A DNA stretch of 64,000 bases, from positions 13,794-77,793 of the forward strand of contig BLSG01000137.1 of the NCBI GenBank assembly GCA_012862495.1, in the 5' to 3' direction. The translations under genes were made by a program, and so were the position numbers. A model generated the notes under the pieces. The model was not told the origin of the DNA. It made no database searches and worked only from the letters and a program-made list of their open reading frames with translations. Position 1 is the stretch's first letter. Every line of letters begins with the position of its first letter. This document shows, piece after piece, positions 49,434-61,144 of this stretch. This DNA comes from Thraustochytrium aureum. Lineage: Eukaryota.

Positions 49434-51038
49434 TCAGATCCGCTGGCGCTTCGACGAGGCAGCGTCAAAGCCCTCCACACGAGCGTCAAGCGCCTGCCCG
49501 CCAGAGCGCCGCGCGCCGCGCTGAGAGAGCGGAAGCGAGCCAGGATCACTTGTAGTGACCGCTGTTGAAGCGAGACGCCTGAGTGACGCAGAGGCCGAAG
49601 ACGAGCTCCCTCCNNNNNNNNNNNNNNNNNNNNNNNNNNNNNNNNNNNNNNNNNNNNNNNNNNNNNNNNNNNNNNNNNNNNNNNNNNNNNNNNNNNNNNN
49701 NNNNGTATCCTCGGCGCGATAGGCGCTCGCGCTGCTCGGAATCCCTGGCGCGTGGCCGTGGCCGACATGCGGGCCGACAAGTGGCCCGGTTGAGACGTCC
49801 GGCTCAGAACGCACCTGCTTGTCCTCGCTAAGGTCTGAGGTGGTCTTTGCCTCCTTGCGCAGCTCGAGGTGCTTGGCCTGGAGGCGTTTGAGCCTCGATG
49901 CCTGGTTGCGGATCGTTTTGGCCTGCTCCTCCACTTTGGCGAGGAGATCCTCGCGGCTCGCGGTGTTGTTGGGCGCCCTCGCGTTCGGCGCGCTCGGCTT
50001 ATTCTTCTTGGTGAGCATTGGGCCAGCGCGCCGGCATGCTTCGCACTGGGGTTGCAGGTCGGTCGTCAATCGCGCGCAGTCGTCCGCACGAACGACATGG
50101 AGCCCGGACGCCGTCTGCTCAATCGTGCGGACAAGCTTGTCGTTCTTCCCCGAGTCGAAGACCCCGCCCACTACAGTGCGCAGTGCAGTTGACTGGTCAA
50201 GAAACTCTCGCCTCTTGGCATCCGGGTAGGAGAGGGAGAGGCTGCAATGCTTGACGGCGTAAAACTTGTGCTTGCCTAGGTTTCCTTGGCACGGCTGCAG
50301 AGCGCCAACCCGGGTCAGGACCTCCGCTATGTCGGACGGATCAAACAAGCGCTCAGGGAGGTTGGGCGTCGAGGCGCGCGACCCGCCTGCAAAGAGACTG
50401 ACTACGCCAGACTTGAGCTCCACTGCGACCGCGACTGCGCCAGTTGCGTCTGCCCTGGACCCTGCGGCAAGGTCTAGGAGCTCTGGCCGAGCAGCTACCA
50501 CGGCGTCTGCTCTGACGCGCGGCAGCCACCCGTGGCGCGCAATCGCTGCCGCGAGAGCGTCTGCGTTGAGTGGCGCTTCCTCGGTGGGGAAGGCCAGCAT
50601 CGCAATCTCGTTACGCACCGCACGGATCGCCTCTGCAACGCGTGCCTCACGATCGCGAAGTCGATCGCCGTGCGATCTCAGCGCTTGCATGAGCTCGCGA
50701 TGGGCTGCGTCTTGTCTGTGCCAAGGCCCCTGGTCCTCCAACACGCCGTGGACCTCGTCGCGTCCTCGCGAAGTTACGTAGAGCCAAAACTCGCCGTTGA
50801 CGGCATCGAGCGTGCGCACCACGGTGACTTCCGTCTCGCCGTCAGTGCGCGTCGCACAGCCATCCATCGTGACCGGTCCCGCGCCGAGATACTCGACTGC
50901 TTGCGCCCACTGATCTTGCGTGAGCGCCGACCTCCCGGGGTCGAGTTCGCCGCACGCCACCCACTCATCCTGCTCGAGGCCTCTTGCGAGCGCCCGCACA
51001 AGCATGCCAAACGGGTCGCTGTCTGCTCGCTGGCCTGC
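49434..51038 (-). CDS. Hypothetical protein with a C-x(9)-C-x2-C cluster and coiled coil, resembling N-termini of P-element/THAP9-like transposases
   Basis: Long open frame; PCQGN...VVRADDCARLTTDLQPQCEAC...NNTASREDLLAKVEEQAKTIRNQASRLKRL; no catalytic core seen. Confidence 0.45.
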   Translation of the reverse strand, partial: AGQRADSDPFGMLVRALARGLEQDEWVACGELDPGRSALTQDQWAQAVEYLGAGPVTMDGCATRTDGETEVTVVRTLDAVNGEFWLYVTSRGRDEVHGVLEDQGPWHRQDAAHRELMQALRSHGDRLRDREARVAEAIRAVRNEIAMLAFPTEEAPLNADALAAAIARHGWLPRVRADAVVAARPELLDLAAGSRADATGAVAVAVELKSGVVSLFAGGSRASTPNLPERLFDPSDIAEVLTRVGALQPCQGNLGKHKFYAVKHCSLSLSYPDAKRREFLDQSTALRTVVGGVFDSGKNDKLVRTIEQTASGLHVVRADDCARLTTDLQPQCEACRRAGPMLTKKNKPSAPNARAPNNTASREDLLAKVEEQAKTIRNQASRLKRLQAKHLELRKEAKTTSDLSEDKQVRSEPDVSTGPLVGPHVGHGHAPGIPSSASAYRAEDXXXXXXXXXXXXXXXXXXXXXXXXXXXXXXXGGSSSSASASLRRLASTAVTTSDPGSLPLSQRGARRSGGQALDARVEGFDAASSKRQRI

Positions 51039-51341
51039 GNNNNNNNNNNNNNNNNNNNNNNNNNNNNNNNNNNNNNNNNNNNNNNNNNNNNNNNNNNNNN
51101 NNNNNNNNNNNNNNNNNNNNNNNNNNNNNNNNNNNNNNNNNNNNNNNNNNNNNNNNNNNNNNNNNNNNNNNNNNNNNNNNNNNNNNNNNNCGAGACGCGA
51201 GCAGACCCGATCCACAGCTCACTCACGAGGCGCACGGGCTGGCGAGCGTCCGGCGCGGTCGCGGGCCCAACAGCGGACGAGCGAGCGAGCGAGCAGGCAG
51301 GCGGCGCGAGGCGCTAGTGGCGCGGGCGGGCTGCGAGCAGG

Positions 51342-52117
51342 ATGATGCGGCTGGCGTGGACCGTGCAAAAGTACGGCATGTTCAGGCCACGTCAAGCGAT
51401 GCCTCTGTTCAACTTCACCAGAGCGCAGCTTGAGCAGCCCAACCCGGCCGACGACTTTGATGACATGTACGAGGACAAGCCACACAGGGAGGAGAGGCTG
51501 GATCGCATGTCGGACGAGGAGTTCGAGGAGCTCCGGAGCCTTTGTGGGATCGAGCGCTGGTTGTCCATGTCGGACGCCGAGATTGGAGGCTCCAGCGAGA
51601 GCCGTTCGAGCTCTCGCCTGAGGACGGCGGCAAGACTGTCTTCTCGGGGCGACTCTCAAAGGCGCCGTCAAAGCATCGCGAGATTGGCCGAACCGGGTAT
51701 TGCTCGGTGTACGCCAGCTTGAACACGTGGCAGCAGGATGTGTCGGGGTTTACGGGGCTCCAGATGACGTTTCGAGCCGATGCCCGCATCTACTCGGTCA
51801 ATGTCAAGCCGCTCTCTTGCATCCCAGACGACCTGTACATGGGCTTTCTCTTTCTCAAAGAGCAGGAGCAGGGCGAATGGGTGACGGCCACGCTGCCCTT
51901 TTCCGATTTGATGCTCACTGGTAGAGGGCAGATGAAGAGCACGCAGCGCGAGTTCGACCACGACCTCATCGCTGGCGTGGGGTTCACGATTCAGGGCGAG
52001 CAGGAGGGGGACTTCAAGTTGGAGGTCAAGGATATCAGCGTTGTCAACTTGGAGACCACTGTTGACGCAACCGCAGGGGCGATCAACATGATCAACCCGC
52101 CAGGGTATCCTGGATAA
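51342..52117 (+). CDS. NDUFAF1: Complex I intermediate-associated protein 30 (CIA30), frameshift ~51600
   Basis: WLSMSDAEIGGSS, VFSGRLS, GYCSV, RADARIYSVN, DDLY, WVTATLPFSDLMLTGRG, EGDFKLEVKDI. Confidence 0.88.
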
Positions 52118-53722
52118 GCTCTCTGCCCGCTCTCTGCTTAGTATAGTGAACTAAAGAAGCAACATGAGGGGAGCTCAGGAAGCAGGCTGGGGCCATGCGC
52201 CAATGAGAGTCACCAGCAGCAGCCTCAGGCTGGCCGTAAATGGCCTGGAGGCAGCGCACCTTGTGGTTGACAAGACACGACGGTGGGGCGCCTCCTATTC
52301 GCGCTTCTCCAAGCCCCTGCGCTGCTCATGTCGCCGCCCACCAGCTGTGCCCCGAGGGAGCAGCAATCGCAACCCGAGTGCCAATGTGTTTCACGTCCTC
52401 GTGGACAAGCATCGCAGAGGGCGCTTCGGGAGGGCAGGGGTTCAATTTCAGCTAGGCGTAGGCGGTCAAAGCGAGACGAGTGGGACGATGGCATCCGCCA
52501 CGAGGTCGACAGGGAGGCTGCAATGCGTTGGACGAGGTTCTCGCGGCTCCGCTTCGGCGCAAATTTTTACACGGGAAGCCCACTTTCCCGACTTCGGGAG
52601 CCCTATCCAAGCGCACTACCGCGCCGCAGAGTGTCGGCTTGTTGCGACGCGCTCGGATTGGTTGCAACGCAAATGCGAAAAAAAAGGTTCATCCAGTTGT
52701 CAAAATTCAGCGCCTGTGCGGGCATGCCAGGTTCATGGGCTCGCCTCCTCCACCAAGTCGTATTCTGCAGCAAGCGCATGAATCAGGAGCTTCAACGGGG
52801 ACCCCCAAAGAAGCAGGGAGCCCCACGTGCCGTGCGATTCTTGATGAGCGGCGCCTATCCTTTCCACGCTTGATCCCGCGTCGGCCAACCCGCAGCTACT
52901 GCAGCAATGGCAACGGCAAGCGCGAGGGCAACGACCACGAAACCCCGGGCCATGCTTGCTTGGTAGGTCTTGTAAGCGCCCGTTCAAGTTGTCACAGCTT
53001 TTCTTTCGCGTTCCTCGTTGCTCGAACTCCCCAGTCGGCTGTGATTCGAGACTGTCTCGCTGCGCTCCACGTTCCTGCAGATTGGGGGTTTTGCGTGAGA
53101 CAGGGTCAATGAGCGGTCAGCTCAGCAATAACTTTACACGAGCCTGTTCCCGAGTTCGACGCTCCGTGCCGTGGGCGTTCTGATCAGGTGAGCTGGCGGG
53201 TCCGGCGAACGCGGCACTGGCTTTCCACATCAAGGCGGCGGCCACCTCGGCCGTCTCGGAGGTCAAGGCGAGGGCTTCTGCCACGCTGTGTCTTGAGCAG
53301 AACAGAGCTGCTGAAACGCGCACGAGTAACATTACGCGACACGGCTAGCTTTTACGTAAAATTATACTAGCTTGCACCTGGCCTTGTACTAGTTGCATTA
53401 AACTTTCGGAGCATTTCTGCTGACTCAGTGCTGTGGATGAAGAGCGTGCTCTGCGCGCCTCGAGCTCTGTCGCACGCATGCGCACTGGCATCATTTGGCC
53501 AGTGTCAGACACTGGCAGGACGTCAAATTGAAAAACTCGGGTTGCGGGACCAGAACCCCAACGGTTGCAAGCAAAGGCAGCGGCAGACATCGAGTACACC
53601 AAAGCCACACCGACGCGAGCTCGGTAAAGCCTTCTTGTCGTTCGTTTTCAGACAGCCCCGAAGGCAAGAAGGACCCGTTCAGGCCGAGAAAGCAAGAGCA
53701 AAGGCAGGGGAGAGCGCCGTCG

Positions 53723-54347
53723 ATGATCAACAATGACGTGCCCTATGCGACAACATATGCGGTAATGCCGGACGGCGACAGCAAGCCGGTTCAGAGCGTT
53801 TTCGTCGCAAGCGCCGCTCCTGGCGGGCAGGTCTACATGGCGCAGAGAGTGCCGCAGCAGCAAGACTACGTGCAGCAGCCGCAACAGCAGCCCAATGTCG
53901 TTTTCGTGCAGCAGCCAAAGCAGCCGCGCCCGGGGTGCCCCTGTGGCAACGCGCAGCTTGTTACAACTCACCGCNNNNNNNNNNNNNNNNNNNNNNNNNN
54001 NNNNNNNNNNNNNNNNNNNNNNNNNNNNNNNNNNNNNNNNNNNNNNNNNNNNNNNNNNNNNNNNNNNNNNNNNNNNNNNNNNNNNNNNNNNNNNNNNNNN
54101 NNNNNNNNNNNNNNNNNNNNNNNNNNNNNNNNNNNNNNNNNNNNNNNNNNNNNNNNNNNNNNNNNNNNNNNNNNNNNNNNNNNNNNNNNNNNNNNNNNNN
54201 NNNNNNNNNNNNNNNNNCGCCTTCATCATCCTCCTGCTTTTGTTCTGGCCACTCTGCTGGGTGCCATTTGTGGTCGACTCTTGCAGGGAGACGCGCGTCC
54301 AGTGCATCTCGTGCGGCCGCGTTGTGCACAGTTCCGGTGGCATCTAG
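53723..54347 (+). CDS. LITAF-like zinc-ribbon membrane-associated protein (internal gap)
   Basis: Pro/Gln-rich N-terminus, CPCG, hydrophobic IILLLLFWPLCWVPFVVDSC, then CISC. Confidence 0.8.
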
Positions 54348-54779
54348 CGAGAGCTCGAGCCTCTCACTCTCCCCCGACTCTCGAGATAGGCAAGTAGAAG
54401 CGCCTCGAGCTAGAGTAGAGACTGCTAGTTCCAGGAGAGTACCCGACAAATAAATTGAGTATGAAGATCTTGATCACGATGCACCATGTCGATGACGTCC
54501 CAGCCTCTGTTGTCTTCCCAGAGTGCAACGCGTTGGAGCACCGACCTCGTAAACCGAGCTCCGACGCTGCAACAAGAGCATCTTCTTTGCAACCCCGGAC
54601 AACAGGAAGCCATTGCCGGCACGGCGGCACGGGCGGCCCGAGCGCTTCGTCGGGAAACAACGGCGGCACCGGTCGGCAAAACAAACCCTCAACGTTACCG
54701 AGCGCGCGTCGGTCGATGCGCAAGAGCAGGGCGTCCGCGCGGCCGAAAACGTCCCGCAAAAGCAGCTGCAGAGGAGAAG

Positions 54780-54960
54780 CAAACTTCGTTCATCGTTCAC
54801 ATGCAGGAGTCTGCCCGTCTCAACACCATGTGCCCATGGAGGGACCGGCAGCTCCCCATCGCCGACCACGTCGGACCTGTTCAGATCGTGGCGATTATGA
54901 TCATCCTGCCTATCGTCTGGCCACTCTGCTAGCTAGGTGATGAGCGTCAAGTGCACCCAT
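54780..54960 (+). pseudogene. Decayed tandem paralog of the LITAF-like gene
   Basis: CPW...VGPVQIVAIMIILPIVWPLC* aligns with IILLLLFWPLCW (TGG>TAG at 54930-54932); out-of-frame SVKCTH corresponds to RVQCIS. Confidence 0.55.
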
Positions 54961-55035
54961 CTACTGACTGCGGCCTCTGCAGCTTGCGTCGAGGTTCGGA
55001 AACCTACCGCGCATCTCTTTGATTGACTCACTGCC

Positions 55036-58000
55036 TCAATAAATCGCGCCGATGCACCGGAGAAAGGTTTTGACTGCGTTCGCGGGCCCGTCGTCGCAAA
55101 GTGCGTCAACCTTGCACTTGATCCGGTACGAAACCCAGGCGTGCTGGATAACCCGCGCCGAGTTGCTAAAAGCCATCCGACGCATTTCTGCGTAGAGGCG
55201 GTCCGCCTTGCCTCGCCAGACGCGCTGGACAATTGCAGCAGCCCTGATTTCCGCTCGGCGCTTTAATATCGAGCCCCCAATCGCTTCAAGTCGGCGCTGC
55301 TCCTCGTCCCCAAGCTCCTCAGCGAGCTGGGCCCTGGCAAGGCGGCCTCGCCAAAACCGCTGTACAGCCTCGACCGACAGCGAAGCGACAGCGATCTCGC
55401 GCTCCTTCTCGTTCTTTCTATACGCGCGCCAACGTGCTTGAATGCGTTCGGCAGAGACCAGCAAAGCATTGACCTGGCGCTCGGCATTCATGGCAACCCG
55501 TCGGGCGGACTCCTCAGCTCGCACGCGTCGGAACTGTGCCTGGACTTTAACTGCCGCGGATTGGAGTACCTCCGGCCGCTGCGAAAACTCCATGGCAAGT
55601 CGGACCTGCCGCCGCACCCTCTTCCCGCGCCAGACACGCTGCACCAGGGTGGCGGCCTTGATCTTCTTGTTGCGCCACTTTGGGAGCACACGCTTCAGCT
55701 TGCGCTGCAACATCGTGATGGCAAGCGTCTGTGCAAGCATCTCGCGCTTGCGCCACTTGCGTCCAAGGAAGCGCCGAACCGCGCGCTGGAGCGTGTTTGC
55801 GCTGTACCCGACGCGGTGAGCTTGGGGCGGAAAGTTGGACCAGGACTCGGGCAGCGGGTACTGCATCTCTTCGAAAAAGGCCACCCTGTTTCTGTACTCG
55901 AGAATCACGCCCTGTGACCCGCCAACACTGTCGCTTTCCCCTTCCTCAATCTCCTCGCCCGGGCTGTCCCCATCTGGGCCGCGCCCCGAACCGCGCTCTT
56001 CGGCCGTGTTGCGACGATCCCGCTCGAACGACTCTTCCTCCTGCTCAGCGAGCTCTTGTGCCGCAGCCTGCGCGCGCATCTGGCGGCGGAACTCTGCAGC
56101 AAACTGCGCCTTCTCCTCGGCCTGTTTCGCCTCCGTCGCAAACGAGAGATATGCATCGCAAGAGAGTGCCTGGGGAGGGAGCTTGGAGAACGAGTACCCG
56201 CCAAAGTTTATGCTCAGCGCAGGGACCTGAGGCTCGCTGGCCCCCGCCAGCACGCCGCCCAAAATATCAGTTTCGAATGCGTCCACTCCTCCGCCGGATT
56301 CCCCCGTGCCGACGCCGCCGCCAAAAGTGCGCAAGTCGCCCATGTCGTCGGCAGCGCCCTGCTGGCCATCCCGTGTGGCTCCATTCGCTCGGCGAAAGCT
56401 TGCATTATTCGACTCGTTGTCTGCGGTGGCTCCGTCGTCTGCCTCGCTTGTGGGATTCAGCTGCGAGGATGTTGCGCTGTCCAGAAACGAGAGCGGGTCG
56501 TCCGGCTCGTCCATCTCAGCGTTTGCTGCCCAGTCCTCGACGCATGTTGCCCGCAACGCAAACCCCGGGATCAAGTGCTTTGACCGAATGATTTCGCCCT
56601 GGCGGTTCTGCTCCTCCACAGTGTATGCCCGTGCGCCGACGCCAAACGCGATGCCAACAAGGGCCCCGCCTGCATAAAACGAGATGGACCCGATGTTTAG
56701 GTCAAGCAGCATGCCAACCACAACCTCCTGACCCAGGTCTCCAGAAAAGGATCGCACGTGGCCGTCGTGCCATACCGTGCCATCGCTCCGCAAGCCAAAG
56801 CTACATGGGTCGTTGCCGGGGAAGCCGCGGCACTTTAGCGTGTCAAAGCTGACGCCGATCATCCAAAGATCGACCTCCTTTGGCTCCTCATAGGCTTCTA
56901 TGGACTCGGTCTCCCAGTCCCCGAGGCTCGTGGAGGATCTCGCGGGCTTGTACGGCGTGTTGGCTTCTGGCGGCGGCGCCACCAAAACCGCCTCCTCGTC
57001 GTCCGAGTCAGAGCTGCCAGCATCACTGCCTGGCTTCCTGCGGTCGTCTTCGTTTGCGTTGAGCTCGTCGTCGCAGTCGGGTCCATCATAGCTGGGAAGA
57101 TCGACCGCGCTGGCTTTGTGAAAGTGCGTCTCGAGATAAAACCTGCCGTGGAACCCGAGGCGGGCATCGATCTTATCGATAACCTCCTTGACTGCCTGCT
57201 TGAGGTCCAGCTCGCTGCGGAGCCGAGCCAGGGAAGTGTGTCGGTTGACCTCAAACGTGATTCCGAGAGCCGAGAGCTTGCCCTGCAGCAGCTCGCGCGC
57301 CTTGTGTGGGGCGTCTATGACCTGTTCGTAGAGACGCGATGTTTCGCCTACTTGCACCGCGTCTAAAACCTTGGCGAGGTTTCGAAGCGAGTCCACAGAG
57401 GTGGCGTGCTCCATCGAGATCGCAGCGAGTGCCGCGCTCGTGACGGCGCGCACCATCTCCTTGTCGTAGCGCTTGACGCGCCACGGCCCGTCCGTTGCGT
57501 GGACATAGCCCCAAGTGGACCGCTGCGAGGGCAGCCGCATTGCAGTAAGGTCACCGTGCGACAGCATGACGCTCTCCGACTTGTCCAGCGAGTTGAGGAG
57601 AATCTTTCGGTGCATCTTGTTCGTGGCGTCCGTGGCCTTGAGGCGGCCCACTTCCACACCGTGCTTGTGCAGCTCCTCTAAGAGCTTGCCTTTGTTATTC
57701 TGCACCATGTTGTGGCACGTACTCTCCAAGAGCTCACCGAAGCGCCGGAGCATGAGCTCGCCCTCACGGAAAGTGTTGCTCATCTCCAGCTCGCGAACCT
57801 TGGACCTGCGAAAGTACCCGAATACGATTTCCCGGCGCTTTGAGTCTAGTCCTTGCAGCAACTCGCGCTCGCCACGTATCCTGGACCCCTTGCTCCTGGC
57901 CATGAGCTGCCGTCGTTCGTCGGGATTGATCACGCTCGCAATGGCCTCCACGCTGAGCCAGCCCATGATGCTCTCCTTCTCGAGTTCCTCGTTGCGGTTT

Positions 58001-58391
58001 TGGAGTTCCTCAAGCTCGGAGACGTCGCGCAGCTCGCTCTCTTCGACTTTGATCTGGATGAGTCCGCGCGCCTCGCTTGACCACATTCGCATCATTTGGG
58101 TTTCCGTTTGCATGATTTCATTTTGCACAATAAGTGTTTCCGCGTCGGTGACGCCTTCCAGCTCCCTGATTTTCTCAAACCATAGCGGCACGTCTCGTGC
58201 TACGTCAATATCCTGGCTCTTGCGAGCCAACCTCGACTCCGCAGTGCGCTTGTCCGCAAAGCTGCCGTACCGCTTCCTCGAGAACTCGCCCAGCGACGAC
58301 ACTCGTCTCGCCACGGCATTTCGCTGCGCGCCATCCGCAGCGAGCTGCAGATCCATCGAGCTTCCCTTTGCGTCATTCCCCAGCTGCAGTT
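55036..58391 (-). CDS. Large protein with SPRY-like domain and C-terminal IQ motifs (5' in gap)
   Basis: WMIGVS...FPGNDPCSFGLRSDG...VVGMLLDLNIGSISFY...GIAF (SPRY); VQRVWRG, IQARWRAY, VQRFWRGRLAR (IQ). Confidence 0.78.
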
Positions 58392-59545
58392 NNNNNNNNN
58401 NNNNNNNNNNNNNNNNNNNNNNNNNNNNNNNNNNNNNNNNNNNNNNNNNNNNNNNNNNNNNNNNNNNNNNNNNNNNNNNNNNNNNNNNNNNNNNNNNNNN
58501 NNNNNNNNNNNNNNNNNNNNNNNNNNNNNNNNNNNNNNNNNNNNNNNNNNNNNNNNNNNNNNNNNNNNNNNNNNNNNNNNNNNNNNNNNNNNNNNNNNNN
58601 NNNNNNNNNNNNNNNNNNNNNNNNNNNNNNNNNNNNNNNNNNNNNNNNNNNNNNNNNNNNNNNNNNNNNNNNNNNNNNNNNNNNNNNNNNNNNNNNNNNN
58701 NNNNNNNNNNNNNNNNNNNNNNNNNNNNNNNNNNNNNNNNNNNNNNNNNNNNNNNNNNNNNNNNNNNNNNNNNNNNNNNNNNNNNNNNNNNNNNNNNNNN
58801 NNNNNNNNNNNNNNNNNNNNNNNNNNNNNNNNNNNNNNNNNNNNNNNNNNNNNNNNNNNNNNNNNNNNNNNNNNNNNNNNNNNNNNNNNNNNNNNNNNNN
58901 NNNNNNNNNNNNNNNNNNNNNNNNNNNNNNNNNNNNNNNNNNNNNNNNNNNNNNNNNNNNNNNNNNNNNNNNNNNNNNNNNNNNNNNNNNNNNNNNNNNN
59001 NNNNNNNNNNNNNNNNNNNNNNNNNNNNNNNNNNNNNNNNNNNNNNNNNNNNNNNNNNNNNNNNNNNNNNNNNNNNNNNNNNNNNNNNNNNNNNNNNNNN
59101 NNNNNNNNNNNNNNNNNNNNNNNNNNNNNNNNNNNNNNNNNNNNNNNNNNNNNNNNNNNNNNNNNNTTGATGGCAAGGTGAGTTTCGCTGGATGGAGAAG
59201 GGGGCGGCGGGTGGCAGAGAGGGAGGGCCGCGAGCTGGTGGCTGACGGACTAGCGTTGCGCTTTTTTCGATGGGTGTAGCCGCGGCCGATCCTGCTTGAC
59301 CAGTTCGACTGGCACATGATGCAGCGCGACAAGCGTCTCGAAGAGGAGGCAGCCAAGGCCAGGAAATGAGCCGCGGAAGCCGGCGTAACCGCATCCCTCC
59401 ATTAAGAAATAGTACAACGCTTGAGTCCCTTTCCTTTTGCGCTTGTGGATTCCCGGAGCTGGCGCCTTTCCTTGTGCAGCTTTGGATTTGCGCCAGTCTC
59501 TCTCGCCCCCCAACAGACCCCTGCGCGCTTCAGATCCTGCCTGAC

Positions 59546-60596
59546 TCAGAGCTCTTCCCGCTCTTGGGGCGTCGCTTGCTTTGACAAGCAAACCGATTTC
59601 CAGCGCGCGATACGATCCAAGTAGGAGGTGGGAGCGAGCGGCGCGTAGGTCTCGTAGGCGCGACCGTCTGACGGCACTGGTGGGTTTTCCGCGGCCGGCT
59701 CCACCTGAGTGCCCTCACCCCACTCGTTGAAGCTTGTCACAGAAAAGCCTCCGGCGCCGCTTTCAAGCGCTTTCTCGGCCATCTCATCAAAGTACGCTCC
59801 GGCGCGGCGGCGCTTGATCTGCGCAGTGTTCCAGGGCCGAATTCGCGAGTCGTCGTAGCCTGGGCCGACAGACTAGCTCAACAGCCCACGCACAAATCGT
59901 CAGTCCCGCGAGAGCGCTGTTTTTTTCGTTTTCACCAGGGCCACCGGACAGGAAACTTACAGGCAGAAACTCCATGCCGTGTTCGAGCAGGGAGCGGCGC
60001 ATCGCGCCCCAGTTCGCCGGCGTGGACCCGAACGAAAAGCCCTGGCTCGCAAAGTAAGTGTACGCGCCGTGGAAGCCGGCCTCCGCGAGCTTCGCGCCGT
60101 CCGATCCCTCCAGCCAGAGCCCGATGAAGCGCGCTAGGCGCAGCCCCGAGTCGGCAAGGTCTCCGCCAGGCCGCAAGAGGCGCGCCCACTCGGCTGGCCC
60201 GATGTGGTAGCTGTCGTAGACGTACACGATGAGCCTCCCTCGCGCGTCCCGCGCCAGCGCGCGCCGCGCCCCAAACTGCTCGTTCAAGTACCTGACATCC
60301 GCTGCCACGGTGTCAGCCGACCGCCCCGGGTAGGGCTCGAGGTGGAAGGCGAGCTTGACGTCGCTCTGCTCGTCAGCAACGTCGAAGAGGTCGCGAAGCG
60401 CGGCGTCCGTGTTGACGCCTTGCGAGTCCCCCGTCCCAACAAGCTCGGGCCTGCCCCACCAGCTGACAACCAGCACATCGATCCCGGCGCGAGCGGCTTC
60501 CGCAAGCTGCTCGCGCAATGTAGTCGCGTTGCGTACGCTGTACGGGCCTCGCGCAGGGTAGAACGGGGAGTGGACCTGCTCTGGAGGTGCGAGCTC
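59546..60596 (-). CDS. MANEA: GH99 endo-alpha-1,2-mannosidase/mannanase (5' in gap; intron 59873-59960)
   Basis: FYPARGPYS, GIDVLVVSWW, FHLEPY, YVYDSY, GAYTYFA, P|SVGPGYDD.RIRPWN, VTSFNEWGEGTQVEPA; an 88-nt GTAAGT...CTAG intron restores the frame. Confidence 0.92.
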
Positions 60597-61144
60597 NNNN
60601 NNNNNNNNNNNNNNNNNNNNNNNNNNNNNNNNNNNNNNNNNNNNNNNNNNNNNNNNNNNNNNNNNNNNNNNNNNNNNNNNNNNNNNNNNNNNNNNNNNNN
60701 NNNNNNNNNNNNNNNNNNNNNNNNNNNNNNNNNNNNNNNNNNNNNNNNNNNNNNNNNNNNNNNNNNNNNNNNNNNNNNNNNNNNNNNNNNNNNNNNNNNN
60801 NNNNNNNNNNNNNNNNNNNNNNNNNNNNNNNNNNNNNNNNNNNNNNNNNNNNNNNNNNNNNNNNNNNNNNNNNNNNNNNNNNNNNNNNNNNNNNNNNNNN
60901 NNNNNNNNNNNNNNNNNNNNNNNNNNNNNNNNNNNNNNNNNNNNNNNNNNNNNNNNNNNNNNNNNNNNNNNNNNNNNNNNNNNNNNNNNNNNNNNNNNNN
61001 NNNNNNNNNNNNNNNNNNNNNNNNNNNNNNNNNNNNNNNNNNNNNNNNNNNNNNNNNNNNNNNNNNNNNNNNNNNNNNNNNNNNNNNNNNNNNNNNNNNN
61101 NNNNNNNNNNNNNNNNNNNNNNNNNNNNNNNNNNNNNNNNNNNN

